From positions 96,001 through 160,000 of the forward strand of contig JBEKDT010000006.1 of NCBI GenBank assembly GCA_050014195.1: DNA of 64,000 bases. Direction: 5' to 3'. The notes beneath the pieces were generated by a model. It had not been told where the DNA came from. It saw only the letters and a list, made by a program, of their open reading frames with translations, and did not search any database. A program made the translations under genes and the position numbers. Below are positions 1-7,121 of the stretch, in pieces; position 1 is the stretch's first letter, and every line of letters starts with the position of its first letter. The DNA is from Desulfomonilia bacterium. GTDB taxonomy: Bacteria; Desulfobacterota; Desulfomonilia; UBA1062.

Positions 1-1049
1 TCGTTGTAGAAGGCAAACAGCATGAGCATTATCAGGATGAAGAGCCCTATCTGCTGGGCGATTTCACGGGGTCTCCCCTCCACGGGTTTACCGGTTATAG
101 CCTCGATGAGGAAGAGCAGGAGATATCCGCCGTCCAAGACCGGGATAGGCAGCAGGTTGATAATGGCGAGATTGATGCTGATGAAGGCGATCAGGGAGAC
201 GAACGGCAGCAGACCGGCCTTGAATGTCTGCCCGGAAACCTGGGCTATCATGATCGGACCGCCGAGACTATCCTTGACGCTGATGGTGCCCTTGATCATC
301 TTCGAAAATGCAATGCCCGTGAGCTCGATGATCTTGTAACACTGCTTGAATCCGTAGCCGATGCCGCTTATGGGACCATACCTCTTCACGGCAGTTTTAT
401 CACCTGAGCTGATCCCGATCATGGGCCGAGAGATCTGTTCGCCAAAGAGGTTTTTGCCCTTGGTCATGATGGGTGTCACATGCAGCATGAACACCTTGGA
501 GTCACGCATGACCTCTATCTCTACACTCTTGCCCGGTGTCGAACTTTGAAGGGTGCTTGACACATCCTCCCATGCAGATACCTGCTTCTTGTTGATAGTC
601 TGGACCATATCCCCGGGCAGCAAGCCTGACATATCGGCCGGTGAGCCTTTCTGCACATCGCCTACTATGGGCAGGAGGTAAGGTACGCCCACCCAGGAAA
701 TGGTTGTGTAAATGACCACGGCTAAAACAAAGTTCGAGAAAGGGCCGGCAAATACGATTGCCCCCTTAACGCCAAGCCCTTTATGTGAGAAGGACTTCTT
801 TGGATCGATGTGGGTAAGCTGTTCCTTGTTATCCGGGTCTTCTCCCAGCATCTTGACATATCCGCCAAGGGGGAAAGCGGCTATCTGGTATTCCGTCTCG
901 CCGATCCTCTTCTTGATCAGCGCCGGCCCGAAGCCTAAAGAGAACTTCAACACGCCGACGCCGTTTGCCTTTGCCATGATGAAATGGCCCAGTTCGTGGA
1001 AGAAGATCAGGATTCCAAGGACAATAATGAATGCTAAGATCGTGATCAT
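1..1049 (-). CDS. rseP: RIP metalloprotease RseP (3' end runs off the window)
   Basis: Manual minus-strand translation MITILAFIIVLGILIFFHELGHF (HExxH) and NLLPIPVLDGG near 130-160; ATGA overlap with the dxr stop; canonical dxr-rseP order. Confidence 0.95.
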   Translation of the reverse strand, partial: MITILAFIIVLGILIFFHELGHFIMAKANGVGVLKFSLGFGPALIKKRIGETEYQIAAFPLGGYVKMLGEDPDNKEQLTHIDPKKSFSHKGLGVKGAIVFAGPFSNFVLAVVIYTTISWVGVPYLLPIVGDVQKGSPADMSGLLPGDMVQTINKKQVSAWEDVSSTLQSSTPGKSVEIEVMRDSKVFMLHVTPIMTKGKNLFGEQISRPMIGISSGDKTAVKRYGPISGIGYGFKQCYKIIELTGIAFSKMIKGTISVKDSLGGPIMIAQVSGQTFKAGLLPFVSLIAFISINLAIINLLPIPVLDGGYLLLFLIEAITGKPVEGRPREIAQQIGLFILIMLMLFAFYN

Positions 1050-2173
1050 GAAATGAACGCCTCTGCAGTCTCTCTTGATTTTCTGTCGAGTCTCATTACC
1101 TCTGCCGGACCTTCTACATCGGATTCGGCCAAGGTGTCCATGGTCTTTTTCACCACATGAGTAATCTCATCGAATCTGATCCGCCCTTGAATGAATGCAT
1201 TCACCGCCACCTCGTCCGCTGCGTTCATGATGCAGGGCAGCACATCAGGCCTGCGCATAGCATGCCTGGCCAGGTCCAGTGCGGGGAACTTCTTAACATC
1301 AGGCGGGAGAAAATCCAGTCGCAGGGAGTTGACGAGAGACAGCGGCGTGAGTGGGAGCTTCAAACGATTCGGCCAGGACAAAGCGTATGAAATGGCCATG
1401 CGCATATCCGGCACTGAGAGCTGGGCCTTGATGCTTCTATCCACGAACTCCACCATGGAGTGGACAATGCTCTGCGGGTGGATTGTCACTTCAATTCTGT
1501 CCATGTCGACTCCGAAGAGCCAGCATGCCTCAATGATCTCGAGGCCTTTATTCATCATGGTGGCCGAGTCGATCGTGATCCTCCTGCCCATGGACCAGGT
1601 AGGGTGATGAAGGGCCTCTTCGGGTGTAATTGCCTTGAAGGTCTCTGCCGGCCTGTCCCTGAAAGGGCCTCCGGATGCGGTGAGGATGATGCGGCTGATG
1701 GATGATCTCTCTTCCCCGGCAAGACACTGAAACACCGCAGAGTGTTCGGAATCTACCGGGATGATCGGTATGCCTTTCTTGTCCGCTTCAGCCATCAGGA
1801 AGGCCCCGCCGATGACGAGTGACTCTTTGTTGGCAAGCGCCAGGGTTGCGCCCGAGCGAACCGTCTCCAGGGAAGGCAGGAAGCCTGCCGCGCCGGAGAT
1901 GCCGTTTACCACGATATCGGGTTCAGCCCTCTTTATGATTTCCTCAGCAGCAGATTCGCCTTCAATGACATCACTACCGGATGGAAGTGGTTCCGATGGG
2001 GAAAGGATGCCGAGGTTCGTGACTCCGAATTCTTTTGCCTGGCCTGCAAGGAGCCTGATGTTGGACCCCGCAGTCAGCCCTACAAGCCGGAACTCGCCTG
2101 GACACATGCGGATGACATCCAGGGTTGACTCTCCGATGGAGCCCGTTGATCCGAGAACAACGACCTTTTTCAT
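1046..2173 (-). CDS. dxr: 1-deoxy-D-xylulose 5-phosphate reductoisomerase
   Basis: LGSTGSIG, LANKESL, PVDSEHSA, TASGGPF, HPTWSMG and NKGLE motifs. Confidence 0.98.
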   Translation of the reverse strand: MKKVVVLGSTGSIGESTLDVIRMCPGEFRLVGLTAGSNIRLLAGQAKEFGVTNLGILSPSEPLPSGSDVIEGESAAEEIIKRAEPDIVVNGISGAAGFLPSLETVRSGATLALANKESLVIGGAFLMAEADKKGIPIIPVDSEHSAVFQCLAGEERSSISRIILTASGGPFRDRPAETFKAITPEEALHHPTWSMGRRITIDSATMMNKGLEIIEACWLFGVDMDRIEVTIHPQSIVHSMVEFVDRSIKAQLSVPDMRMAISYALSWPNRLKLPLTPLSLVNSLRLDFLPPDVKKFPALDLARHAMRRPDVLPCIMNAADEVAVNAFIQGRIRFDEITHVVKKTMDTLAESDVEGPAEVMRLDRKSRETAEAFIS

Positions 2174-3001
2174 TCAGACTGCAACCTTGAGAATACCGTA
2201 GAGCAAACACCCCACGAACATGATGCCATCCATGCGGTCCAGCATCCCACCATGGCCGGGGATGAGGTTCCCCAGATCCTTGATCTGGAATTCCCGCTTG
2301 AACAGAGACGCGGTAAGGTCTCCCGCCAGGTCAAGAACGCCGATGCATGCGGACAGCAGGATCAGGAGCCAGACAGGATAGAAACCCTCCAGGGGATCCA
2401 ACTGATAATAGACGATAACCTTATTATATATAAGAAAGACGGCATAGCCGAGTACGATGCTCGAACATATCCCGCCGATGAAGCCTTCCAGGGTCTTCTT
2501 TGGGCTGAGCCTGGGCGCTATTTTGCGGCTCCCGAGGTTCTTGCCCACATAGTATGCCCCGACATCGGATCCGAAGACACCGACAAGGCCGAAGATCATC
2601 CAGAATCTGCCGTCCATGCCCACCCTTAACAATACCCAGAATCCGATCAATGCCATGGGATAGATCAGACCTGCCAGGGAATAGACAAGATCTTTAGCGC
2701 CTGCCCTGTTCTTCTCAAAGAGGAAGAGTGATGTGATCATGAGGATGACACCCGTGACGCCCACCACAAGAAAGCACCCGGCCATGTCTCCCTTATAGGC
2801 AAAAAGGAGGAACGGGACAGACGCGACAATGGCTACCAATGCCAGTGCTAAGGCGCTGGGGCTGATGGCCACCCGGAACAGCTCATACATGCATATGGGC
2901 ACCACCAGCATGGCGATAAGCAGCAATGCCCAGGCAGGACCGAAGACAGCAGGGATGGCGAAGATAATAATAAGGATAAGCGCCCCCATGATTCGTTTCA
3001 T
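2174..3001 (-). CDS. cdsA: Phosphatidate cytidylyltransferase
   Basis: SDVGAY, SPKKTLEG and IKDLGNLIPGHGGMLDRMD motifs; start placed at ATG 3001, overlapping the uppS stop. Confidence 0.95.
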   Translation of the reverse strand: MKRIMGALILIIIFAIPAVFGPAWALLLIAMLVVPICMYELFRVAISPSALALALVAIVASVPFLLFAYKGDMAGCFLVVGVTGVILMITSLFLFEKNRAGAKDLVYSLAGLIYPMALIGFWVLLRVGMDGRFWMIFGLVGVFGSDVGAYYVGKNLGSRKIAPRLSPKKTLEGFIGGICSSIVLGYAVFLIYNKVIVYYQLDPLEGFYPVWLLILLSACIGVLDLAGDLTASLFKREFQIKDLGNLIPGHGGMLDRMDGIMFVGCLLYGILKVAV

Positions 3002-3714
3002 ATGAGAGAGCCCCCCACCTGTTCGCCTGTCATGCCGAAGCGCCTCTGTCTGCTCGTAAACCACATGATGGCTTCATCCAGGGCATTCTCATTGAAATCG
3101 GGCCAGAGGATGTCGGTAAAGTAGATCTCGGTATAGGCCAGCTGCCACAGCAAAAAATTGCTCACCCGGCGCTCTCCTCCTGTCCTGATGAGAAGGTCAG
3201 GGTCGGGCATGAATGCGGTGTCCAGGGTGGAGGAAAAAGATTTTTCCGTAATCTCATCAGGGTTGATCCCGCTTGATACAAGCCTTTTCGCAGCCCTTAC
3301 TATTTCATCGCGCCCCCCGTAATTCAGGGCAATGGCCAGGTGCAGGTCGTTGTTGTCTTTTGTCAAGTCAAGGGTCATTTTGATCTTGTCCTGGAGCTTC
3401 TTTGAAAACCGGGACATATCACCGATGATATGGATGCACACCCCGCTCGTCTTGAGTCGCTTTACCTCTTCCTCGATGAAGTGCTCAAGAAGATTAAAAA
3501 GGCCTTCGACCTCTTCCTTGGGCCTGCTCCAGTTCTCAGATGAAAAGGCGTACAGCGTGAGGTATTTGATGGCCCTTGCTTTTGCCGCCTCAACGATCCT
3601 CAAGGTGGCCCTTGCTCCCATTTCATGGCCCTTAAGCCGTGGAAGGCCCTGCCTCTGAGCCCACCTCCCGTTGCCGTCCATGATGATGGCGAGGTGGTTG
3701 ACCTGGTTTTGCAT
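2998..3714 (-). CDS. uppS: Undecaprenyl diphosphate synthase
   Basis: HLAIIMDGNGRWA, FSSENWSRP, NYGGRDEI and RTGGERRVSNFLLWQ motifs; ATG at 3714. Confidence 0.97.
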   Translation of the reverse strand: MQNQVNHLAIIMDGNGRWAQRQGLPRLKGHEMGARATLRIVEAAKARAIKYLTLYAFSSENWSRPKEEVEGLFNLLEHFIEEEVKRLKTSGVCIHIIGDMSRFSKKLQDKIKMTLDLTKDNNDLHLAIALNYGGRDEIVRAAKRLVSSGINPDEITEKSFSSTLDTAFMPDPDLLIRTGGERRVSNFLLWQLAYTEIYFTDILWPDFNENALDEAIMWFTSRQRRFGMTGEQVGGSLI

Positions 3715-3722
3715 GAGTGAAC

Positions 3723-3751
3723 TTGTTAACACAGGGGGTATGGGGGGTCAA
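3723..3751 (-). promoter_or_regulatory. Putative sigma70 promoter of uppS, possibly leaderless
   Basis: TTGACC-17 nt-TAACAA with a TG extension; ATG lies 8 nt downstream with no Shine-Dalgarno. Confidence 0.4.
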
Positions 3752-3774
3752 CAATCAGTAGGGAGAGAATTTAT

Positions 3775-3882
3775 GGGTGAACAGTGATCAGTGACCAGTG
3801 AATAGTGCAAAGCGAACCGTGCATAGGTCGCGTTTCAATCGCAGGGTCATTGCGAGGAGCTGAAGGCGACGCGGCAATCTCA
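3775..3882. repeat. Left arm of a multi-layer inverted repeat (heptamer tract + 13-bp box + 39-bp RPE-like arm)
   Basis: 3844-3882 is the reverse complement of 6600-6638 (2 mismatches); 3814-3826 matches 6663-6676; CAGTGAW-type heptamers at 3775-3807 match 6718-6764. Confidence 0.85.
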
Positions 3883-3884
3883 CA

Positions 3885-3916
3885 CTAGGGTGGGTGGAGC
3901 GTCAGCGGAACTCACC
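3885..3916 (+). repeat. REP-like palindrome (TAGGGTGGGT..AACTCACC)
   Basis: GGTGGGT pairs with ACTCACC around an inner GC hairpin; resembles GTAG-family REPs. Confidence 0.45.
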
Positions 3917-3992
3917 TCTAATATCTCTTCCATTGAATAACCCATCGAATGGGGCTGGAACCAATTCATCATCTTGACAACTGCCAGCCATA

Positions 3993-4052
3993 TATAAACG
4001 ACAAAGCTCACCGGCGCGCGTCAGCGCGTCCGTGTGGATGCCCTTGTTCGCC
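3993..4052 (-). mobile_element. Integron attC site of the yefM-yoeB cassette
   Basis: Minus strand GGCGAAC-AAGGGCATCCACACGGACGCGC-TGAC-GCGCGCCGGTGAGCTTTGTC-GTTTATA, 13 nt after the yoeB stop. Confidence 0.8.
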
Positions 4053-4065
4053 TGATCACATCTGG

Positions 4066-4329
4066 CTATTCGTAGTGTGTCCACATACGGATGACTTTTA
4101 CTGTTTTGATGTCATCAAGTATTTGGTAAATCAACCGGTGTTGGATGTTTATTCTCCTGGAACATGCTCCCGACAGATCTCCAAGAAGCTTCTCAAAAGG
4201 TGGGGGAGTCTGGTATGGATCTTCTTTAAGGATATCTAGCAGGTGCTCTGCCTGATGTTTTAGACCTGAATGTGCGATCTTCTTGGCATCTTTTTTTGCC
4301 TGTTTGGTAAAGACCAATCGCCAAGTCAC
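4066..4329 (-). CDS. yoeB: Txe/YoeB-family (RelE superfamily) toxin
   Basis: PFEKLLGDLSGACSRRINIQHRLIYQ...MWTHYE, typical YoeB C-terminus; overlaps the antitoxin stop. Confidence 0.93.
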   Translation of the reverse strand: MTWRLVFTKQAKKDAKKIAHSGLKHQAEHLLDILKEDPYQTPPPFEKLLGDLSGACSRRINIQHRLIYQILDDIKTVKVIRMWTHYE

Positions 4330-4568
4330 CAGTCAAGATCCTCATTGCACTCCTCTACAGGAGTCTCAAGTCCCTTCTGAATAGATTCACGCATACCCGG
4401 AATAGAAGTGAGGTACAAAGTTTCCTGGATTGCTCGCCAATCCTCCTCTGAAATTAGCACTGCGGAACTTCTTTTGCCTACAATCTGAACCGGCTCATGG
4501 GATTCTTTCACCTCATCGACAAGGCTATATAATCGTTTTCTTGCTTCTGTTGCTGTAAGTGTAGCCAT
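4326..4568 (-). CDS. yefM: Phd/YefM-family antitoxin
   Basis: TATEARKRLYSL...HEPVQI...AVLISEEDWRAIQETLYL; SD AAGGAGG. Confidence 0.93.
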   Translation of the reverse strand: MATLTATEARKRLYSLVDEVKESHEPVQIVGKRSSAVLISEEDWRAIQETLYLTSIPGMRESIQKGLETPVEECNEDLDW

Positions 4569-4582
4569 TATTATGAACCTCC

Positions 4583-4625
4583 TTAGCGTACGATATAGCG
4601 TACGCTACAAAACATCCAGTGTCAA
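4583..4625 (-). promoter_or_regulatory. yefM-yoeB promoter with tandem palindromic operator
   Basis: TTGACA-17 nt-TACGCT; TAGCGTACGATA and TAGCGTACGCTA palindromes overlap the -10/+1, as in autoregulated Phd/YefM operons. Confidence 0.75.
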
Positions 4626-4635
4626 GCTATTTGAA

Positions 4636-4692
4636 GGCGAATGCCTGCGTCAGTGGGAGCCGGCTTTTTCGGCGATCCACCGGAAATTGGGG
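4636..4692 (-). mobile_element. Degenerate attC site of the middle cassette
   Basis: Shares the GGATCGCCGA..CCGGCTCCC.CTGACGC core with the attC at 5184-5246; core sites read CCCCAAT and ATTCGCC and the left arm is shortened. Confidence 0.7.
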
Positions 4693-4709
4693 ACGACGGC
4701 AAGCACTAC

Positions 4710-4976
4710 CTACCCCTTCTTACCCAGGATTGCCGCGATTTTCTGCGCAGGCGTGATGCAACTCTGTGGGGTTAAACTGAGATCAAATGCTTGATTGAGA
4801 ACCTCCATCACGAGCAGCTCTGGTTTTACGGAATTGCCCCGTACCTTTAGCCCAAAGATTATGTCGGAGGCCTCAACACGGTAACCATTAAGATCTGCAA
4901 CGTTTCTTGCGCCTTCTCCCAGTGGATTCCACTTGGCAAGAACGTTTGCGACAGCAGTGATTTGTTCTTCGTTCAT
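4710..4976 (-). CDS. Small helical protein, DUF1871-like (88 aa)
   Basis: ATG 4976 with AGAGGA SD; WNPLG...GYRVEASDI pattern; family assignment is from memory. Confidence 0.7.
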   Translation of the reverse strand: MNEEQITAVANVLAKWNPLGEGARNVADLNGYRVEASDIIFGLKVRGNSVKPELLVMEVLNQAFDLSLTPQSCITPAQKIAAILGKKG

Positions 4977-5167
4977 TTGTGTCCTCTGTGTTCTGGTCAC
5001 AATCTCGCCCAGAATTCCTGATATGGCATGACATGCTCATGCTTGGTTCGCCAATGTGCATCGATGCCGTCCCATCCGTTGCCTTGAAACACATGACCAC
5101 ACTCTGGACAAATGCGTGGCAAATCCTTATTTTGATTTTTATCGCAGCACGAACAGGATTTATTCAT
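4973..5167 (-). CDS. Small Cys/His-rich putative Zn-binding protein, interrupted by an in-frame TGA at 4997-4999 (absent from the ORF track)
   Basis: SD TAGGAG; MNKSCSCCDKNQNKDLPRICPECGHVFQGNGWDGIDAHWRTKHEHVMPYQEFWARL*PEHRGHK*; the second stop overlaps the next ATG. Confidence 0.7.
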
Positions 5168-5183
5168 GAGTATCTCCTAGAGC

Positions 5184-5246
5184 CCCCAACACGAGCGTCA
5201 GCGGGAGCCGGATTTATCGGCGATCCGCTGCACGCACTCGTTCGGG
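5184..5246 (-). mobile_element. Integron attC site of the nuclease cassette
   Basis: CCCGAAC-GAGTGCGTGCAGCGGATCGCCGATAAATCCGGCTCCCGCTGACGCTCGT-GTTGGGG, 2 nt after the stop; imperfect palindrome. Confidence 0.85.
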
Positions 5247-5248
5247 AA

Positions 5249-5917
5249 TCATCTTTTCCATACCATCCGTCCAATTGACACAAACTTGTTGACCGTCAAA
5301 GAACCCCGTTCGTTGCGGGCTTTTGATCCAGGACGCCTCAATTCTTTTTCTGTTTCTGGCCTCTTGGCCTCATGAATTTCCCGAACCTGAAAATCATGAC
5401 CAAGTAACGCAAGCAGGACAACATCCCATTCTTTCTCCAGGTTGATACTGCCCAGTCGTTGGCCTGGCTTGGGATTATCCGCCATTGCTCGTGACTTGAT
5501 CTGGATAAACTCTTCGCGACCGTCCACTCTTCGCACGGCATCGTACCCTGATTGCCTCACCGGTGCCCTATCCAATCCGAGCAACCGGCATGTCTCATGT
5601 TCGGCGATCTCGCCGGTAACACCGAGGGGGCGCCCGGTAGTTTCGTAGTATTGTTTTGCAACGATCCTGGCTTCTTCAATCAATTGATTTACGTAGTCGT
5701 TGTTATAGCTTTCATGCTGTTTGTGTGGATAGAGCCACCCCTTGATGATTCCGTCCCGGAAAAGAGCAGAGGCATATTCCTCAGAGCTCAGGTTCGACCT
5801 GTTTTTCCTTCGTTCGACAAGTCCCTTTCTCTCGGCGTCTGAATACGATTTAATGCATGCGGATTCATTGCCGTCGTGCTCAACGAAAAGCTGTTTCATG
5901 AGTTCCCGCTGTTTCAT
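5249..5917 (-). CDS. Putative PD-(D/E)xK nuclease (DUF6998-like) with an extra N-terminal module
   Basis: TGEIAE...QSGYDA...FIQIKSR gives an E..D..QxK restriction-endonuclease-like pattern. Confidence 0.65.
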   Translation of the reverse strand: MKQRELMKQLFVEHDGNESACIKSYSDAERKGLVERRKNRSNLSSEEYASALFRDGIIKGWLYPHKQHESYNNDYVNQLIEEARIVAKQYYETTGRPLGVTGEIAEHETCRLLGLDRAPVRQSGYDAVRRVDGREEFIQIKSRAMADNPKPGQRLGSINLEKEWDVVLLALLGHDFQVREIHEAKRPETEKELRRPGSKARNERGSLTVNKFVSIGRMVWKR

Positions 5918-5925
5918 GGTTTACT

Positions 5926-5993
5926 TCCCGAACTATTACTATACCGACACCACGAATATTGATATTTGTGAATTCGGTATAAGTGGCTAATAG
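5926..5993 (-). mobile_element. First-cassette core site (GTTCGGGAA) plus an upstream AT-rich hairpin (atypical attC or attI remnant)
   Basis: TTCCCGAAC at 5925-5933 is complementary to 5240-5248; TATACCGA..CACGAATAT-TG-ATATTTGTG..TCGGTATA stem. Confidence 0.55.
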
Positions 5994-6110
5994 ACACGGA
6001 ATGTGGAAAAGATGTGGTGGCTAACCCATGACCGTGACAATATCTCCATTTCATAATATTATAGCCTACATGATATGATGGTCTGCCGTAAGATATTTAA
6101 ATGGTCTAAA

Positions 6111-6471
6111 GAGCCAATTGCAAAAATTAAAAAGGTTCATCACAGTAAAGCATACTCGGCTCATTGAAGAGCACACAAAAGGGATATTCCACCACGAAGG
6201 ACACGAAGAGCACGAAGAAGATCTAAAAACCAGAACAAACACTCTTGGATCCATTGAACCGGTCAACGATTTCAAAAGGCTTTCTTTCTTCGTGTCCTTC
6301 GTGGTGAGAACAATGGGCTGGGAAGAGGATGCAAACCACGAAAGTATGCTTCACAGAGAAGAACCATTAAAAAAGAGTCACCTCCGCGAAAGCGGGGGTC
6401 CAGAAGTCCATGAAGAGACTGGATTCGAAGCTTTCGTAGGAATGACATCCAAAGAGTTTTGCAATTACCTC
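6111..6471. mobile_element. Non-autonomous element with GAG..AATTGCAAAA termini carrying a dRS3/RPE-like palindrome
   Basis: GAGCCAATTGCAAAA / TTTTGCAATTACCTC termini with TAAA on both flanks; inner GTCACCTCCGCGAAAGCGGGGGTCCAG...CTGGATTC...GGAATGAC at 6377-6446. Confidence 0.6.
6134..6365 (+). mobile_element. MITE copy A (23-bp imperfect TIRs, 8-bp TSD ATTAAAAA)
   Basis: GGTTCATCACAGTAAAGCATACT...AGTATGCTTCACAGAGAAGAACC; ATTAAAAA at 6126-6133 and 6366-6373; homologous to 61838-62196. Confidence 0.85.
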
Positions 6472-6525
6472 TAAAGACTAAAATTACTCGGCCGGGTGGA
6501 TGGAATGAAAGAAGGCATTGGGTGG

Positions 6526-6555
6526 CACGGGCCAAGGCTGGAGGCCTTGCCCGTG
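6526..6555. repeat. REP-like GC-rich hairpin
   Basis: CACGGGCCAAGGC-TGGAG-GCCTTGCCCGTG. Confidence 0.5.
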
Positions 6556-6599
6556 GGATTTATTTGTGGGTGTCATTGAATGAAACCTTCTCTACAGGA

Positions 6600-6764
6600 T
6601 GAGATTGCCACGTCGCCTTCGGCTCCTCGCAATGACCCCAGAATAATACTAATAATATTCCTCTATGCAACGGTTCTTTCATTATCTGTTCACAGTCACT
6701 ATTAAGTAATCGTTAATCACTATTCACTGTTAACTGATCACTGATCATTGGTCACTAAACACCC
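6600..6764. repeat. Right arm of the multi-layer inverted repeat
   Basis: Reverse complement of the three layers at 3775-3882, in mirror order. Confidence 0.85.
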
Positions 6765-6804
6765 TGTATCTTCCGCCCCTTTTCAATCATTCTCCCAGCT
6801 CTGA

Positions 6805-6853
6805 AAAATTTATTTTTTGCCCCTTGACTTTCCCCTAATCATTGAGATACAGA
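6805..6853 (+). promoter_or_regulatory. Putative promoter of the tRNA-tuf operon
   Basis: A/T-rich UP-like tract, TTGACT at 6824, weak -10 (TACAGA). Confidence 0.4.
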
Positions 6854-6887
6854 CTCTTGGTGCGCAAGCTATGGGTGCGCCCGGAAG

Positions 6888-6963
6888 GCTGGAGTAGCTC
6901 AATCGGTAGAGCAGCTGATTTGTAATCAGCAGGTTGCGGGTTCGAGTCCCATCTCCAGCTCCA
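6888..6963 (+). tRNA. tRNA-Thr(TGT)
   Basis: Cloverleaf, anticodon arm CTGAT-TTGTAAT-CAG, GTTCGAG T-loop, encoded CCA. Confidence 0.97.
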
Positions 6964-6974
6964 GAGAGACTTCG

Positions 6975-7059
6975 GGAGGGGTTCCCGAGCGGCCAAAGGG
7001 AACAGACTGTAAATCTGTCGGCGAAGCCTACGGAGGTTCGAATCCTCCCCCCTCCACCA
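6975..7059 (+). tRNA. tRNA-Tyr(GTA)
   Basis: ACAGA-CTGTAAA-TCTGT anticodon arm, long variable arm, CCA. Confidence 0.97.
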
Positions 7060-7121
7060 TAAGAATGAGGGATTGCAGGAGACGTGAGTCGTTTATGACT
7101 GCACAATCCTAAGAAAATGAT

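Noticed and set aside
3902-3992. Possible fourth cassette (MAGSCQDDELVPAPFDG...) after the last attC
   Set aside because: Only ~29 codons, no SD, runs into a REP-like hairpin and has no attC; at most a remnant.
4940-4999. SECIS element after the in-frame TGA
   Set aside because: The downstream sequence is purine-rich with no evident stem-loop, so selenocysteine is unsupported.
6190-6306. CACGAAG repeats as a CRISPR array
   Set aside because: 9-bp tandem units in inverted arms with no unique ~30-bp spacers, and no cas genes.
6066-6535. ORFs 6118-6474, 6066-6275 and 6272-6535 (HEGHEEHE-type peptides)
   Set aside because: They are translations of the MITE and palindromic repeats; no SD or protein-family signal.
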